DNA of 64,000 nucleotides from Podospora anserina (Eukaryota): NCBI GenBank assembly GCA_017654855.1, contig CM030337.1, positions 558,001 to 622,000 of the forward strand, read 5' to 3'. Shown piece by piece: positions 63,674 to 64,000 of this stretch (position 1 is its first letter; each line of letters starts with the position of its first letter). The notes under the pieces were generated by a model. It saw only the letters and a program-made list of their open reading frames with translations, ran no database searches and was not told where the DNA came from. The position numbers and the translations under genes were made by a program.

Positions 63674-63979
63674 CAAAGATCAGAATCCATCGAGTCCATA
63701 CTCTCCCCCCTCATCTTATTACCACCCACCCCCTTCCCCATCACCCTACTCTTGAACTTCTTCGAGCTATTAATCCTCGCCTGCTCCCGGTTAAAAACCT
63801 CAATCGCCTCCGGGTTGTACTCGGTCCGACTGTTCTTGCTCTTGCTCTTCGCGTGCAGCCTGATGTGCTGCTTCCAGTTGTCCCGCCTGTTAAACCTCTT
63901 GGGCTGCCCGTCTTTGCTCTTCTCCGGCGGGCAAAACTCGCACACCCAGCCTTCTTTCTTTCCCCCGATGCCGTGTTCG
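63673..63979 (-). CDS. Last exon of a C2H2 zinc-finger transcription factor (rest outside window)
   Basis: WVCEFC...FNRRDNWKQHIRLH; preceded by a CTAAC..ACAG acceptor ending at 63980. Confidence 0.85.
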
Positions 63980-64000
63980 CTGTTGTGATGTGTTAGAAAC

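Noticed and set aside
63440..63988. Poly-Q, poly-C and poly-L ORFs
   Set aside because: Translations of the (TTG)n repeat lying after the C2H2 stop codon.
1..64000. CRISPR arrays, rRNA/5S, LTR or Starship elements, NLR/het genes
   Set aside because: No repeat-spacer arrays, rRNA motifs, RT/integrase/tyrosine-recombinase or NACHT/HET motifs seen.

Overview
Gene-dense filamentous ascomycete DNA. Short GT-AG introns with CTRAC branch points and the gene set suggest Sordariales, Podospora-like (inference). About 18 intact or window-truncated protein genes: Nud1/Cdc11-like LRR (partial), CFEM-GPI, RNR1, TatD, CHL4/CENP-N, CYS-3/MetR bZIP, a conserved hypothetical, three secreted proteins, a class I/II aminotransferase, ALG2, a CaMKK-type kinase, YEN1/GEN1, Arp10/11, a protein with an N-terminal eIF4E-binding-type motif, an F-box/LRR-like protein and the last exon of a C2H2 factor. 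There is also a disrupted vWA gene, a 590-bp Mutator-type non-autonomous element (52-bp TIRs, 9-bp TSD), a degenerate tRNA-like gene and microsatellites. Best leads: (1) an island at 23-29 kb of secreted proteins, including an aerolysin/ETX-MTX2-like pore-former candidate divergent from a two-repeat small secreted protein; (2) a 733-nt cys-3 intron carrying CYS3 boxes and an in-frame ATG, suggesting an autoregulated short isoform; (3) a possible unrecognised 4E-BP; (4) uORFs in the kinase leader. All family assignments are from motif recognition by eye; no searches were run.
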